DNA from: a virus
Taxonomy: Duplodnaviria > Heunggongvirae > Uroviricota > Caudoviricetes
Strand: one strand, 5' to 3'
DNA length: 36,449 nucleotides
IMG/VR virus record: IMGVR_UViG_2541047954_000009
Shown: piece by piece, positions 9,555 through 18,761 of the stretch
How the letters are laid out: every line of letters begins with the position of its first letter
Numbering within the stretch: position 1 is the first letter of the stretch
The notes under the pieces: generated by a model
Seen by the model: only the letters and a program-made list of their open reading frames with translations
Told to the model about the DNA's origin: nothing
Databases searched by the model: none
Made by a program: the position numbers and the translations under genes

Positions 9555-11290
9555 TATGCAGCCCTCACTATATAGTTAAATGCAATATTTCGCGCACGTG
9601 TTTCCGTTGATGTTCTGGCAACACGTGAGGCATCAAAATAATAATTCGCCTGTTTATATGTACCACCTGTCGCAATTGATGCGAGATTTGGTGTCAATGT
9701 TGAAGAGGTAAATGCGCCGACAGTATTATTATTTGGCCCCGTGGTCATATCCAAAAAGCTACCTGTAATATTTTGCAGCGTATCGCTCTGAGCACTCAAT
9801 AACGCTCGCCCACTGTCCACTCCACGCCCGTCATCCCAGCCACGAATAAACTCGCCACGAAGATCTGGTACTTTTCCTGATGGATATGCTGTAGCAAGGC
9901 GGGGGTATTTCACCTTATCAAAGGCAGCACCATTGCATTTCAACCAGCCTGTCGGCGGAGTGGAAGAAGGCCACGGAACAGGGACACCTACAGGTAATGC
10001 TGAACCTTCTCCCAAACCAAGGTACGCGAGAAGACCGGCAACATTCTTTCCACTTAAACTGGTAAGCGTATTGTCCAGTGGTTGTTTGCCCGCCAGCGCA
10101 TTAAGCATTGTCGTGGCAAAGTTCGGATCATTCCCCAGCGCCGCCGCCAGTTCGTTCAGTGTATCCAGTGCCGCAGGAGCAGAGCCCACCATTGCCGCAA
10201 TTGCCGATTTCACAAAAGCCGTGGTGGCAATCTGTGTATTGTTGGTCGACTGTGCCGCTGTAGGTGCTGTTGGTGTTCCGGTGAGTGCCGGACTCGACAG
10301 TGGCGCTTTCAGTGCCAGCGCATTGTTAATGGTGGTACTGAATTTCGGGTCATTATTAATGGCTGCGGCTATTTCTTTCAGCGTGTCCAGCGTGGCGGGC
10401 GCGCCATTAATCAGGGCTTTCTGTGCCGCCTGAACAAACGCCGTAGTGGCAATCTGTGTATTGTTGACCGACTGCGCCGCCGTGGGGGCTGTTGGCGTTC
10501 CGGTGAGTGCCGGACTCGACAACGGTGCTTTTAGTGCCAGCACATTGTTAATGGTGGTACTGAAATTCGGATCATTGTTAATGGCTGCGGCTATTTCTTT
10601 CAGCGTGTCCAGCGTGGCTGGCGCACCATTAATAAGGGCCGTCAGTGCCGCCTGTACAAACGCGGTGGTCGCAACCTGCGTGGTATTATTCCCCGCCGCT
10701 GGCGTTGGCGCTTTGGGGGTTCCGGTAAATGTCGGGCTGGCTTTTTGCGCGTACTGTGAATGTGGGTCCTGTGCAGCAAGATGTTTTGCCATCAGGTCAT
10801 CCACGTACACCTTCAGCTCCAGTACCTTGTCATCCACATACTTGCGGGTTGCCAGCACTACGGCAGGGTCGATTTTCAGGGTGATATTGTCCGTGCTGCT
10901 GGTAATCAGCACCATGCGCACGGTCTGGGTACGCCCGCTGCCTTCAGCCAGTTGCGGCTTATAGCTTTCCGGGCAGTTGCCCACGGCAATCAATGCCCCG
11001 GACTCATCAAACAGGCCCACTTCACGTATCCACCAACCGCCCTCGTTTTCAGGGATCACCTGTTCAGCAATAATCTGGCTACTGTTCTGCGGGTCGATAT
11101 AAAGCATATTCAACGCAGCCCGGCGTTTCTCATTTACCAGTGCCGTCTGCTTTGCGTCCGGCGTTGGTAATGTTCCGCCGCCATCGCCTACCGCCATATG
11201 GGTAATTTTTAACGGCACACCGATCGCGGCGGCGCTGGCAAGTTTCGCCGCGCCAATATCCGTCAGCAGGGTATAAAATTTTGTGCTCAT
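9554..11290 (-). CDS. H: Tail fiber protein H (578 aa) with internal tandem repeats
   Basis: N-terminus (MSTKFYTLLTDIGAAKLASAAAIGVPLKITHMAVGDGGG...) resembles P2 gpH; the central region holds about 2.5 copies of a 74-aa repeat (ALINGAPATLDTLKEIAAAINNDP...TQIATTAFV). Confidence 0.9.
   Translation of the reverse strand: MSTKFYTLLTDIGAAKLASAAAIGVPLKITHMAVGDGGGTLPTPDAKQTALVNEKRRAALNMLYIDPQNSSQIIAEQVIPENEGGWWIREVGLFDESGALIAVGNCPESYKPQLAEGSGRTQTVRMVLITSSTDNITLKIDPAVVLATRKYVDDKVLELKVYVDDLMAKHLAAQDPHSQYAQKASPTFTGTPKAPTPAAGNNTTQVATTAFVQAALTALINGAPATLDTLKEIAAAINNDPNFSTTINNVLALKAPLSSPALTGTPTAPTAAQSVNNTQIATTAFVQAAQKALINGAPATLDTLKEIAAAINNDPKFSTTINNALALKAPLSSPALTGTPTAPTAAQSTNNTQIATTAFVKSAIAAMVGSAPAALDTLNELAAALGNDPNFATTMLNALAGKQPLDNTLTSLSGKNVAGLLAYLGLGEGSALPVGVPVPWPSSTPPTGWLKCNGAAFDKVKYPRLATAYPSGKVPDLRGEFIRGWDDGRGVDSGRALLSAQSDTLQNITGSFLDMTTGPNNNTVGAFTSSTLTPNLASIATGGTYKQANYYFDASRVARTSTETRARNIAFNYIVRAA
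10224..10667. repeat. Two tandem, about 90% identical 222-bp repeat units inside tail fiber gene H (degenerate copies flank them)
   Basis: Unit 1 (10224-10445) and unit 2 (10446-10667) both begin gtggcaatctgtgtattgttg and align along their length. Confidence 0.85.
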
Positions 11291-11892
11291 GGATTCACTC
11301 TCATTGTGTCAATAACATGGACCGCCCCGCCTTCATGCGCGGTGCCACCGGAAATAATCGTTTCGTTGATATACGGATAGATCGTGATTTCTTCGCCAAG
11401 ATAACTGGCTGCCCCCACCCAATGCGGGCCGCTGGTCTGCAGATTGATGGACATGCCGATCATGTGACGGCTACATGGTTTGGCATCGCTTATCAGCCGC
11501 TCAAGTTCCAGATAGGTATCTTCAGTGATGCCCTGGTCCTGCACGCCGATGTCCAGGCGAAACGTGCCCGGTGTCTCTCCGGTCTGCCACCACTCAATAA
11601 TGCGGATCAGAAAGCCGAACGGCTCCACCACCCGCCGCACGGCACTGGTGGTTCCTTTATGCTGATGGATATAAAAAGCATCCTTTACCACCTGGCGCTT
11701 GACGCTTTCCGTCCAGTCCTCGTCCCAGCGATCCACAGAGAACGCCCAGGCGAGATAAGGCAGGAAACTGACCGGACTGGTTGCCGGATTCCACAAGTCA
11801 CGCAGTGACACCTGCAGATCAGAAATCCCGCTACAGGTTTGCGCCAGTCGGCGCTCCAGTGGCGTTGAACCCGGTGGCAGCAGACTATTCAT
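11287..11892 (-). CDS. I: Baseplate assembly protein I
   Basis: 201-aa ORF resembling P2 gpI; ATGA overlap with H. Confidence 0.88.
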   Translation of the reverse strand: MNSLLPPGSTPLERRLAQTCSGISDLQVSLRDLWNPATSPVSFLPYLAWAFSVDRWDEDWTESVKRQVVKDAFYIHQHKGTTSAVRRVVEPFGFLIRIIEWWQTGETPGTFRLDIGVQDQGITEDTYLELERLISDAKPCSRHMIGMSINLQTSGPHWVGAASYLGEEITIYPYINETIISGGTAHEGGAVHVIDTMRVNP

Positions 11893-12793
11893 CCGTTCCC
11901 CCGTTGGTCACGCTCCACTGCGTACATGATGCCGCCTGCGTTTTGTTCAGGACCACGTCCGCCTGCGGGGAAGCCAGTTCCACACGCTGAACACCCTCAA
12001 CATGCAGCGCGGCAAAAATGGCGCTACGGCGAATATCCCGACCAAGCCGCGTCTGACTGGCAATGTACCTCTGCAGGCTGGCTTTTGCCGCTGCCATTAC
12101 CGGCTCTGCTTCCGGTCCCGGATAGAGAAAAATGGTGGCTTCCACGCGGTACGGGATGATTTCCGCGCTGCGAACCGTCAGACGGTCAGCCACCGGGCGG
12201 ACATTCTCACTGTTCAGTGCTTTCTCCACCACATCCAGCAGGTCTTTTTCTGCTGTTCCGTCGCCTTCGCGGCTAAGGACTGTCAGCACCACCTCTGCAG
12301 GTGCCGGACTGGTTGCACTGGCATCCGCCACCCGACCGTCGGCGCTTCGGGCATGAAATTCATAAGCGGCAGTTGGTCCCGCAACTGAAAGCCCCTCAAA
12401 GGCTGCAGGCACACGCAGGCGTAACGCTTCATCGCTTTCCATCACTGCTGCAACGGGCGGCACAGCGTCATTATCAGCAGGCGTCACCGTCAGGCGTTTC
12501 ACGTTGTAGTTGGCAGCGATCTGGTCAAGATCGCCGCCCATCGCGTAAGCCACCATTACCGCCTGCGCGGCTTCGTTAATGCGCTGACGCAGAAGCAACT
12601 CACGGTAAGCGTTCTCCTGCAACAATTTGGTGACGGGTTCAGATTCCAGTTCCAGCGTGCGGATCACTGCTTCCTGCTCATCTTTCGGATGAAGCGCCAC
12701 AAATTCTGCCTTGCGTTCGGCAAGCAGCGTCTCAAAGTCCGGCACATCCACAATCTGCGGCGCAGGCAACTGCGAAAGGTCAATCACTGCCAT
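11885..12793 (-). CDS. J: Baseplate assembly protein J
   Basis: Resembles P2 gpJ from the internal Met (MAVIDLSQLPAPQIVDVPDFETLLAERKA...); the six-frame ORF extends 13 codons further upstream to 12832 but the P2-like N-terminus supports a start at 12793. Confidence 0.85.
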   Translation of the reverse strand: MAVIDLSQLPAPQIVDVPDFETLLAERKAEFVALHPKDEQEAVIRTLELESEPVTKLLQENAYRELLLRQRINEAAQAVMVAYAMGGDLDQIAANYNVKRLTVTPADNDAVPPVAAVMESDEALRLRVPAAFEGLSVAGPTAAYEFHARSADGRVADASATSPAPAEVVLTVLSREGDGTAEKDLLDVVEKALNSENVRPVADRLTVRSAEIIPYRVEATIFLYPGPEAEPVMAAAKASLQRYIASQTRLGRDIRRSAIFAALHVEGVQRVELASPQADVVLNKTQAASCTQWSVTNGGTDE

Positions 12794-13139
12794 TCTCTGC
12801 TCCTGTTGATACGGAAAGGGAAACAGGCACACCGTTATTCCGCCGCCCGGTCAGCTCCACCACCATTGAACCGTCAAAATTGCTGTGGATGGTGATGGAA
12901 TCCAGCGTCAGCCGTGGCTCCCAGCGACTCAGCGCCACATACACTGCCGACATGACCTGCAGGCGTAATGCCGGATTTTGTGGCTGGTCTATCAGTGCCG
13001 ACAGCAGGGAACCATATTCACGACGGGCAATGCGACTACCCTGTGGTGTCAGCAGAATGTCCCGCACCGACTGGCGCAGATGGTCAATATCAGTAATGGC
13101 TTTGCCGCTGGTATTGTTCATCCCGCTATAAAGCGTCAT
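12780..13139 (-). CDS. W: Baseplate wedge protein W (gp25-like)
   Basis: 119-aa ORF resembling P2 gpW; overlaps J start and V stop. Confidence 0.88.
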   Translation of the reverse strand: MTLYSGMNNTSGKAITDIDHLRQSVRDILLTPQGSRIARREYGSLLSALIDQPQNPALRLQVMSAVYVALSRWEPRLTLDSITIHSNFDGSMVVELTGRRNNGVPVSLSVSTGAENGSD

Positions 13140-13714
13140 ACCGGGCCTCCAGTTGTATCGCCGCCTTTCAGGACGCCAGTATGCTGATGCGCATCAACCA
13201 CGATCCCGTTAGAACTCATCGCTCCGCCGCCCTGGGTAACGCCACCATTGATCACCACTTCGCTGTTAATGCGCGTGCGGTCAGCCTCCAGTACAAACTC
13301 ACTGGTTTTCATGGTGATGTTGTCAGCGGCCTCAATGACCATTGATTTGATGCCCCTGACATACCAGCGCCCGGTGGCGGGTTCATATTCAAACCAGCCA
13401 CCGTCAGGATGTTCTGTCACGCAGGCGTCCGCCGACGTCGACGGTGGTGCGAACTGATTCGAATAGACAGCGGGCAGCGCAAAGGCAGTCTCCAGATTGC
13501 CGCCCAGACTCAGCAGCACCACCTGCTCACCTTCTGATGGTTTCCACCATGTGCGGGCATTACCCGCGCGCAGCGTCAGCCAGTTAATCCAGTTAGTTTC
13601 AAGGTCGCCCGTTTTCACCCGGCAAAGCCAGTTTGTCCTGTCCACTTCGGTGACTACCCCAGTGCGGATCAGGTTGGTGATAAGGCGCATGATTTCGGTT
13701 AATTGTGCGTTCAT
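13136..13714 (-). CDS. V: Baseplate spike protein V
   Basis: 192-aa ORF resembling P2 gpV; first gene of the V-W-J-I-H-G block. Confidence 0.88.
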   Translation of the reverse strand: MNAQLTEIMRLITNLIRTGVVTEVDRTNWLCRVKTGDLETNWINWLTLRAGNARTWWKPSEGEQVVLLSLGGNLETAFALPAVYSNQFAPPSTSADACVTEHPDGGWFEYEPATGRWYVRGIKSMVIEAADNITMKTSEFVLEADRTRINSEVVINGGVTQGGGAMSSNGIVVDAHQHTGVLKGGDTTGGPV

Positions 13715-13760
13715 AGGGAAAGGTTGCCATCAGGGGAAGAAAGGCGGCAGTGCTGCAACT

Positions 13761-13778
13761 TGTATCAGTGCTGATACA
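13761..13778. promoter_or_regulatory. Candidate Ogr-dependent late promoter element (perfect TGT-N12-ACA palindrome) upstream of V
   Basis: TGTATCAGTGCTGATACA is a perfect 18-bp palindrome in the short S-V intergenic region. Confidence 0.55.
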
Positions 13779-13782
13779 AAAA

Positions 13783-14229
13783 TCACCCCGCCAGCCATTG
13801 CAGAATCATGTCGCGGGTCATTGCCTCAACATCATCATTTACACCCAGAAGGCGACGCTCTGCGTAACGGACCTCCGGTCCTTTGCGGCTGACGCGATCA
13901 CGTAAGCCGTAGTGATGAACACGGGCAATGCGCTGTACCTTGCCTTCAAACTGCACGCTGGCAGAGTCGGCGCTGGCGGCAGTTTTCAGGTATTTTGTGG
14001 TGCGCAGCTTTGTAAACATCTGACGTTTGATGCGCCCCTTTTTGCTGCGTGCTGTTACCCTGCGCGGCTCATAACTGCTGCCATCAGGATTGCGCTGCAT
14101 CCTGATGTTCTGCTGCTGTGTCCGGCGCAGTTCCTGCGCCAGCTGGCGCATCATGCGGCTTCTTGCGGCTGGCTCCAGATTCGCCAATAATGCACTCAGC
14201 CAGTTGTCCACCTTCTGCAGTTCAGCCAA
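13783..14229 (-). CDS. S: Tail completion protein S
   Basis: 148-aa ORF resembling P2 gpS. Confidence 0.85.
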   Translation of the reverse strand: MAELQKVDNWLSALLANLEPAARSRMMRQLAQELRRTQQQNIRMQRNPDGSSYEPRRVTARSKKGRIKRQMFTKLRTTKYLKTAASADSASVQFEGKVQRIARVHHYGLRDRVSRKGPEVRYAERRLLGVNDDVEAMTRDMILQWLAG

Positions 14230-14674
14230 GTTTCACCGTCCACATTTCTTCAGGTTCATCAGGTTCCGCTACCTCTTCAACGTTCGACACACTGCCGTCA
14301 GTGCTGACTAACACACGCTCCGTCAGTTGCAGGTTAAGGCTGATATCACAGACATCGTTGCGCAGAATATCCACCTCAAAGGTGAATAGCTTTTCCCGTA
14401 ACGCCGGGTTATTGATGGCATCGGGCTGGTTATCCCGCAGCCACAGCAAAACCGGGGCCATCAGCAGATTCTGGTCGCCGCTGAAATCCTCAATCACCAC
14501 GTTCAGGGTGTAGCGGTACTCCCATGACATGGAGCTGGCCCCCGTGGCAACCAGCGAACCGTTATCCACAAACAGATGCAGTTTGTCCGGGTTATTGCGG
14601 ACATAAGGCACCGCTTTATTGAGGGCGTGGCGCAGGGATTGTGGTTTGTTCACTGTTTCGCTCCTGACACGCAA
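14222..14674 (-). CDS. R: Tail completion protein R
   Basis: 150-aa ORF resembling P2 gpR; overlaps S start. Confidence 0.85.
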   Translation of the reverse strand: MRVRSETVNKPQSLRHALNKAVPYVRNNPDKLHLFVDNGSLVATGASSMSWEYRYTLNVVIEDFSGDQNLLMAPVLLWLRDNQPDAINNPALREKLFTFEVDILRNDVCDISLNLQLTERVLVSTDGSVSNVEEVAEPDEPEEMWTVKLG

Positions 14675-14906
14675 TAATCATGTCCACTTTGTCTGCACAG
14701 ACCGCCCAGGCGGCCTCCGTTTCATCCAGCAATGCGTTCAGATCACCGTTAGTGCGCGGCGCTGTCTGATCCAGCCGACACGGCGTCACTCGCGGACAAC
14801 CACTGACGGTAAGCTGCACCTCCGGTGAGTGCCGGACGTTCCCGCAGCCGGATAATGTCAGCAGGCAAAGGAGTATCAGCCCAGCGGCGTAAATCCTCGT
14901 TCTCAC
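14616..14906 (-). CDS. lysC: Outer-membrane spanin lipoprotein LysC (Rz1-like), embedded in the 3' end of lysB in another frame
   Basis: 96-aa ORF with signal peptide and lipobox (LLCLLTLSGCG) followed by a Pro-rich segment; starts inside lysB, typical of embedded Rz/Rz1-type spanin pairs. Confidence 0.75.
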   Translation of the reverse strand: MRTRIYAAGLILLCLLTLSGCGNVRHSPEVQLTVSGCPRVTPCRLDQTAPRTNGDLNALLDETEAAWAVCADKVDMIIACQERNSEQTTIPAPRPQ

Positions 14907-15177
14907 GTTTCAGTTCCTCGATCCGGCGTTGTCGTTGTCTCAGCTGTGCGCTGGTCTGTTCTGCTTCGGCATAGAGCCGCGCCTGCTCCCGGTTATTAGT
15001 TTCAGTCAGAATGGACAGGCTGATAAGCTGGCTGTTGCTCTTTGCCAGTGCCTGACTTTTGCTCTGCAGCTCGTCTGCCTGCGTGCTGATGGTCTGGCTG
15101 GCATCAGCCAGCCGCCACGTCTGCCAGCCCAGCGCCGCCAGTAATAACGCCAGCACAACCAGCAGCAACCGGTTCAT
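14749..15177 (-). CDS. lysB: Inner-membrane spanin LysB (Rz-like)
   Basis: 142-aa ORF with an N-terminal transmembrane helix (LLLVVLALLLAALGW) followed by a charged coiled-coil region (QRQRRIEELKRENEDLRRW). Confidence 0.8.
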   Translation of the reverse strand: MNRLLLVVLALLLAALGWQTWRLADASQTISTQADELQSKSQALAKSNSQLISLSILTETNNREQARLYAEAEQTSAQLRQRQRRIEELKRENEDLRRWADTPLPADIIRLRERPALTGGAAYRQWLSASDAVSAGSDSAAH

Positions 15178-15229
15178 GCTGCTACCTGTTGCGCCATCTG
15201 ATTACGGGTGATCCAGAAGGCAATAACGG

Positions 15230-15559
15230 TCAGTAGATAAGTAGATAAAAGACCAGGGTAATAGCCCACCCCGTCCAGGCGAGACTTACGACAATCAGCA
15301 ATCGCATCACCCAGCTGATAAATACGTTTTCTTTTCGGGTAATGGTCTTCAGCAAAGATGCCCTCAACTCCTGCCAGAGCGAGCCATTCTTAATTAACGC
15401 AGCCAGTGCTACCGGAATTACCGCCCATGTCAGTAAACAGGCTACCCAAACGCCGGACGCTGCCAGTACCGGAAAAATCCCCTGCGGATACACCATTGCT
15501 GCAATTAACAGCGCCATCCATAACATCAGAAACAGCCCGCTGATTAATTTCTTTTTCAT
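15230..15559 (-). CDS. lysA: Lysis-timing membrane protein LysA-like
   Basis: Hydrophobic multi-helix ORF directly after the endolysin. Start chosen at ATG 15559 (MKKKLISGLF..., RBS AGGGAG upstream, overlapping the K stop); the longer six-frame start at 15631 would overlap K by about 70 nt. Confidence 0.6.
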   Translation of the reverse strand: MKKKLISGLFLMLWMALLIAAMVYPQGIFPVLAASGVWVACLLTWAVIPVALAALIKNGSLWQELRASLLKTITRKENVFISWVMRLLIVVSLAWTGWAITLVFYLLIY

Positions 15560-15560
15560 T

Positions 15561-16073
15561 TCAGTTTGCTCCCTGTAAACACCAGGCCATCTCCCGCGCA
15601 CGGCGGTTATCCAGCCCCTGATTAAACACACCTTTCACATAAACCCAGCGCGGTAACTGTCGGCACGCATCCGCCCAGCGCCGCTGATTGAGCAATTTCA
15701 CCAGCGTGGAGCTGCAGGCATTGCTAGTTCCCACGTTGAAGGCAAACGACACCGTAGCGTCATACACCTTCTGTGGTGGCTGTTGCTTCACACACCTTTC
15801 CAGTGCCCGCTCCACACGCAGCACGTTGGAGATCAGCCCTTCTGCTGCCTGTCGTTCCGTGATTGTTTTGCCGGGAATGACGCCCGATGTATTACCAATG
15901 CCGTCGGTCCAGACACCCGCGCTGCACTGATACGGCTGCAGACGACAGCCTTCGTAATCGGCAATCAGTTTCAGCCCTTCCACGGACGTATGAAGCTGCT
16001 GAAAGCCCGGCAGCGTGGCAGCAATAGCCAGCACGGCCCCGACAAGGCAGCGTTTAACGACTGATGGATTCAT
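15561..16073 (-). CDS. K: SAR-type endolysin (T4-lysozyme-like muramidase, gpK position)
   Basis: 170-aa ORF with an N-terminal weakly hydrophobic Gly/Ala-rich signal-anchor-release segment (CLVGAVLAIAATLPG) and a lysozyme-like catalytic region (EGLKLIADYEG...TDGIGNT); the C-terminus resembles phage 21 R-type endolysins as remembered. Confidence 0.85.
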   Translation of the reverse strand: MNPSVVKRCLVGAVLAIAATLPGFQQLHTSVEGLKLIADYEGCRLQPYQCSAGVWTDGIGNTSGVIPGKTITERQAAEGLISNVLRVERALERCVKQQPPQKVYDATVSFAFNVGTSNACSSTLVKLLNQRRWADACRQLPRWVYVKGVFNQGLDNRRAREMAWCLQGAN

Positions 16074-16269
16074 AGTCCTCCCTCGAGATCTGCCCGTCGC
16101 GCAGAAGCTGGTAGGCTTTGTGTTTGTAGTACCAGTTGATAGCCAGCATCAGCACACCAATCATCAGGCCGCCCAGCGTTGAGATATCCTTGATGGACAA
16201 ATCGCCCAGCCAGGCCAGCACGACGGCGATGCAGTACGTGATAAAGGCGCTGATTCGCTCAAGCGTCAT
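16054..16269 (-). CDS. Holin, small two-TM type, partner of the SAR endolysin
   Basis: 71-aa ORF with two hydrophobic helices and a charged C-terminal tail, immediately upstream of and overlapping the endolysin. Confidence 0.7.
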   Translation of the reverse strand: MTLERISAFITYCIAVVLAWLGDLSIKDISTLGGLMIGVLMLAINWYYKHKAYQLLRDGQISREDYESISR

Positions 16270-16272
16270 AAT

Positions 16273-16476
16273 TCAGTCCCATAGCTGGACGGTCTGCACG
16301 GTGGTGGTTGCCGGAATGTCCGGCAGCTCCACCTGCAGCCCGTGAGGTAAAAAGGGGCCGTATTCGGCAAGCCCCGGATTTGCCTTCAGTACCTGCTCCG
16401 TGACACCCTGCGTGCGCCCGTAATGACGCCAGCAAAGCGCGTCCACCGTGTCATACTGATGCGCACGCACTTTCAT
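16273..16476 (-). CDS. X: Tail protein X
   Basis: 67-aa ORF resembling P2 gpX, in the position between L and the lysis genes. Confidence 0.8.
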   Translation of the reverse strand: MKVRAHQYDTVDALCWRHYGRTQGVTEQVLKANPGLAEYGPFLPHGLQVELPDIPATTTVQTVQLWD

Positions 16477-16940
16477 CAGATAAGCTCCACTGTGCAGTGC
16501 GGCGCATCCTGCACCCGGCTGATGGCCCAGCGGGCGTCACGCCACAAATCACCGCTTGCTTCCGCCAGTTCCTCGCCTCGCTTCACACCGGACGCCGTGG
16601 CGTCATAGTCCTGGTATCGTTCGTTGAGCATGGCGCGTGCCCAGCAGTAAACCGCGTTGAAATAGTGCTGAATGCGCTCACTTTTGCCGTCCAACTGTTC
16701 CGCCGGAACCTCAGCCAGCGACGCATACCCCAGCATCTGCTGACGTCTGCGAAACTCATACAGCTCTGCGTTGACCTCCGAAATTGCCGACAGCGCAACC
16801 TGCTTTAAACGCGGCTGCGTCACCGTGCCGTCAGTGCGCATCACACTGCGAAACTCCGACAGGTCCACATCAGGCCAGAACGGCGTATTTCTGATGATTT
16901 CCGCCTGTTCCGGTGCCTGTTCTGGCGCAACAAACTTCAT
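16476..16940 (-). CDS. L: Head completion/stabilisation protein L
   Basis: Resembles P2 gpL; start placed at ATG 16940 (MKFVAPEQ..., RBS AGGAGA 7 nt upstream); the six-frame ORF extends to 17003. Confidence 0.8.
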   Translation of the reverse strand: MKFVAPEQAPEQAEIIRNTPFWPDVDLSEFRSVMRTDGTVTQPRLKQVALSAISEVNAELYEFRRRQQMLGYASLAEVPAEQLDGKSERIQHYFNAVYCWARAMLNERYQDYDATASGVKRGEELAEASGDLWRDARWAISRVQDAPHCTVELI

Positions 16941-17035
16941 GCTGCTTTCTCCTGAAATAAAGGGCGGTGGACGGGGTTTTGATGTGGCAGAGCCTTTCGC
17001 CACCCCGTGCCGCCCGTGCGCGGGGGCACGTTCTG

Positions 17036-17686
17036 TCAGCGGCTGTCATTGCGCAGTCTGCGCTCCAGCTGCTGTTTGTCTTTTTTCACGCCACAGCGGG
17101 GATCGAGCTGTAACGCATGGTTGAGATGATTAAGGGCGGAAGCCGGATTGCTTTCACTCAGGACAGCGCCAATCGCTTTATGCAGACGCGCCCGTGACTG
17201 GTCCGGCATATCCAGATCGTCTGTCAGTTCCAGCGTCTGCAGCAACAGATCAGCATCAAAGCCGATGGCGGCAAGCATTGCGCTCTGCGCTGCGTCTGCC
17301 ATTTCCTCTGCCAGCACGGTCTGCACGTTGCGGTTACCCAGCGGCATCACCCAGCCATGACGCAGGGCATGACGCCCGATCTCCAGCGCCCCGGCATAAT
17401 CTCCAGCATCAATGCGCCACAGCATCACGTACATCAGCACGTCATCCTGCTGTGCGCCTCCGGCAGCCAGGACACCCTCCGCCCAGGCGGCGTACTTCGG
17501 CAGCAGCTCCACTTTGATTTCCGCTTTTTTGACCGTGGACTGAACGCCCTTGAGACGGCGGCGGTCTTCCGCCAGTTGCAGCAGCATCAGGTCATAGCCC
17601 GACGCGTGGCGAACACTGCCGCCCTCGCGGGCGGCCTGTTCAGCCTGAACGCGCAGGCGATGCTGCCGTGCGGGACTCAGGCTCAT
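17036..17686 (-). CDS. M: Terminase small (endonuclease) subunit M
   Basis: 216-aa ORF resembling P2 gpM, between N and L. Confidence 0.85.
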   Translation of the reverse strand: MSLSPARQHRLRVQAEQAAREGGSVRHASGYDLMLLQLAEDRRRLKGVQSTVKKAEIKVELLPKYAAWAEGVLAAGGAQQDDVLMYVMLWRIDAGDYAGALEIGRHALRHGWVMPLGNRNVQTVLAEEMADAAQSAMLAAIGFDADLLLQTLELTDDLDMPDQSRARLHKAIGAVLSESNPASALNHLNHALQLDPRCGVKKDKQQLERRLRNDSR

Positions 17687-17689
17687 GGT

Positions 17690-18745
17690 TTATGCTCCGG
17701 CTTCTGCGGCGGTGCTGAAGTCGCCAATCTGGATGTTTTCCACCAGTGCGGCGCAGCGGTAGTCCTCAACCACATAGGCTTCGTTAACGGATTCAAAGTT
17801 TTCAATCCGGTCACGTTTCGGGTTGTCGATAACTGAACGGCGGCGGGTGTCTTCCTGCCAGTAGATGGACAGGTTATCCAGACGGGTGATCAGCAGCGCA
17901 TTCGGCGGGAAGAACGGCGCACGCACGGCCTGCAGGCCACCCATGCGTTTCTGGCTGATGATCATATCGGCAGCCAGTTTTTCACTGTTTTCCTGCTCTT
18001 TGTTGACCAGCGGGAAATACTTATCAGACAACAGTTCACGACCGCAAATCACCACCAGATCGTCATCGTCCTGGTAGACCACGTCGATAAGCTCATTAAC
18101 GGCATCCATCACCACGGCGTCCAGGTTGGCATATTCGCCACCTTTACCGACTTTCACCGCGCCCGGTGTGGTTTCACCGCCCGTGGTGGTGCTGCCCATG
18201 ACGTGATCCGGTGCATCCTCACGGATTTTCTGCAGCCAGCCTTTATTCACATCCTGCAGCAGCGGGTTTTCGCTACGGTTGGAGGTTTTCGCACGCTTCA
18301 CGCCGTTAAAGCCGATCATGATGCGGTCCAGTGCCTGACGTTTCACGATGGCGTCACGGATACGCACCTGAAAATCCTGAAACTTCGCCCACAGGTCCAG
18401 CTTCGCGTAGGTCAGCACCGTGTCAAAGTTGGTCTGCTCGCATTTATATTCCACATCGACCATCAGCGTCGGATCGACAGGTTCACGCTCTTTCGCGGTG
18501 GTATCAGTGGTTCCGGCAATGGTGCTGCCAACTCCCAACCCCAGCAGCTGACCGGACTGCTCAGTCACTGGCGTGACGTTAATCAGCGTCAGGAAAGCGG
18601 CGGACTGCTGGATCTGGTCTTCCAATGTCTGCTGCACGGACGGCTCTACGGTGAACTTGCTGGACAGTTCTTCAACTGCCACACCGTTCAGGCGCGCCAG
18701 TTGCTGCAGGTAAGCGTTAAAAGCAAAGCGGGTATTCTTCTTCAT
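17690..18745 (-). CDS. N: Major capsid protein N
   Basis: 351-aa ORF resembling P2 gpN. Confidence 0.92.
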   Translation of the reverse strand: MKKNTRFAFNAYLQQLARLNGVAVEELSSKFTVEPSVQQTLEDQIQQSAAFLTLINVTPVTEQSGQLLGLGVGSTIAGTTDTTAKEREPVDPTLMVDVEYKCEQTNFDTVLTYAKLDLWAKFQDFQVRIRDAIVKRQALDRIMIGFNGVKRAKTSNRSENPLLQDVNKGWLQKIREDAPDHVMGSTTTGGETTPGAVKVGKGGEYANLDAVVMDAVNELIDVVYQDDDDLVVICGRELLSDKYFPLVNKEQENSEKLAADMIISQKRMGGLQAVRAPFFPPNALLITRLDNLSIYWQEDTRRRSVIDNPKRDRIENFESVNEAYVVEDYRCAALVENIQIGDFSTAAEAGA

Positions 18746-18761
18746 CAGGTTTTGTGCTCCA

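Noticed and set aside
9933-10964. Several plus-strand ORFs (166, 150 and 172 aa) across the tail fiber gene
   Set aside because: Antisense to H and generated by the repetitive GC-rich sequence; Cys/Arg- or Ala-rich nonsense-like translations.
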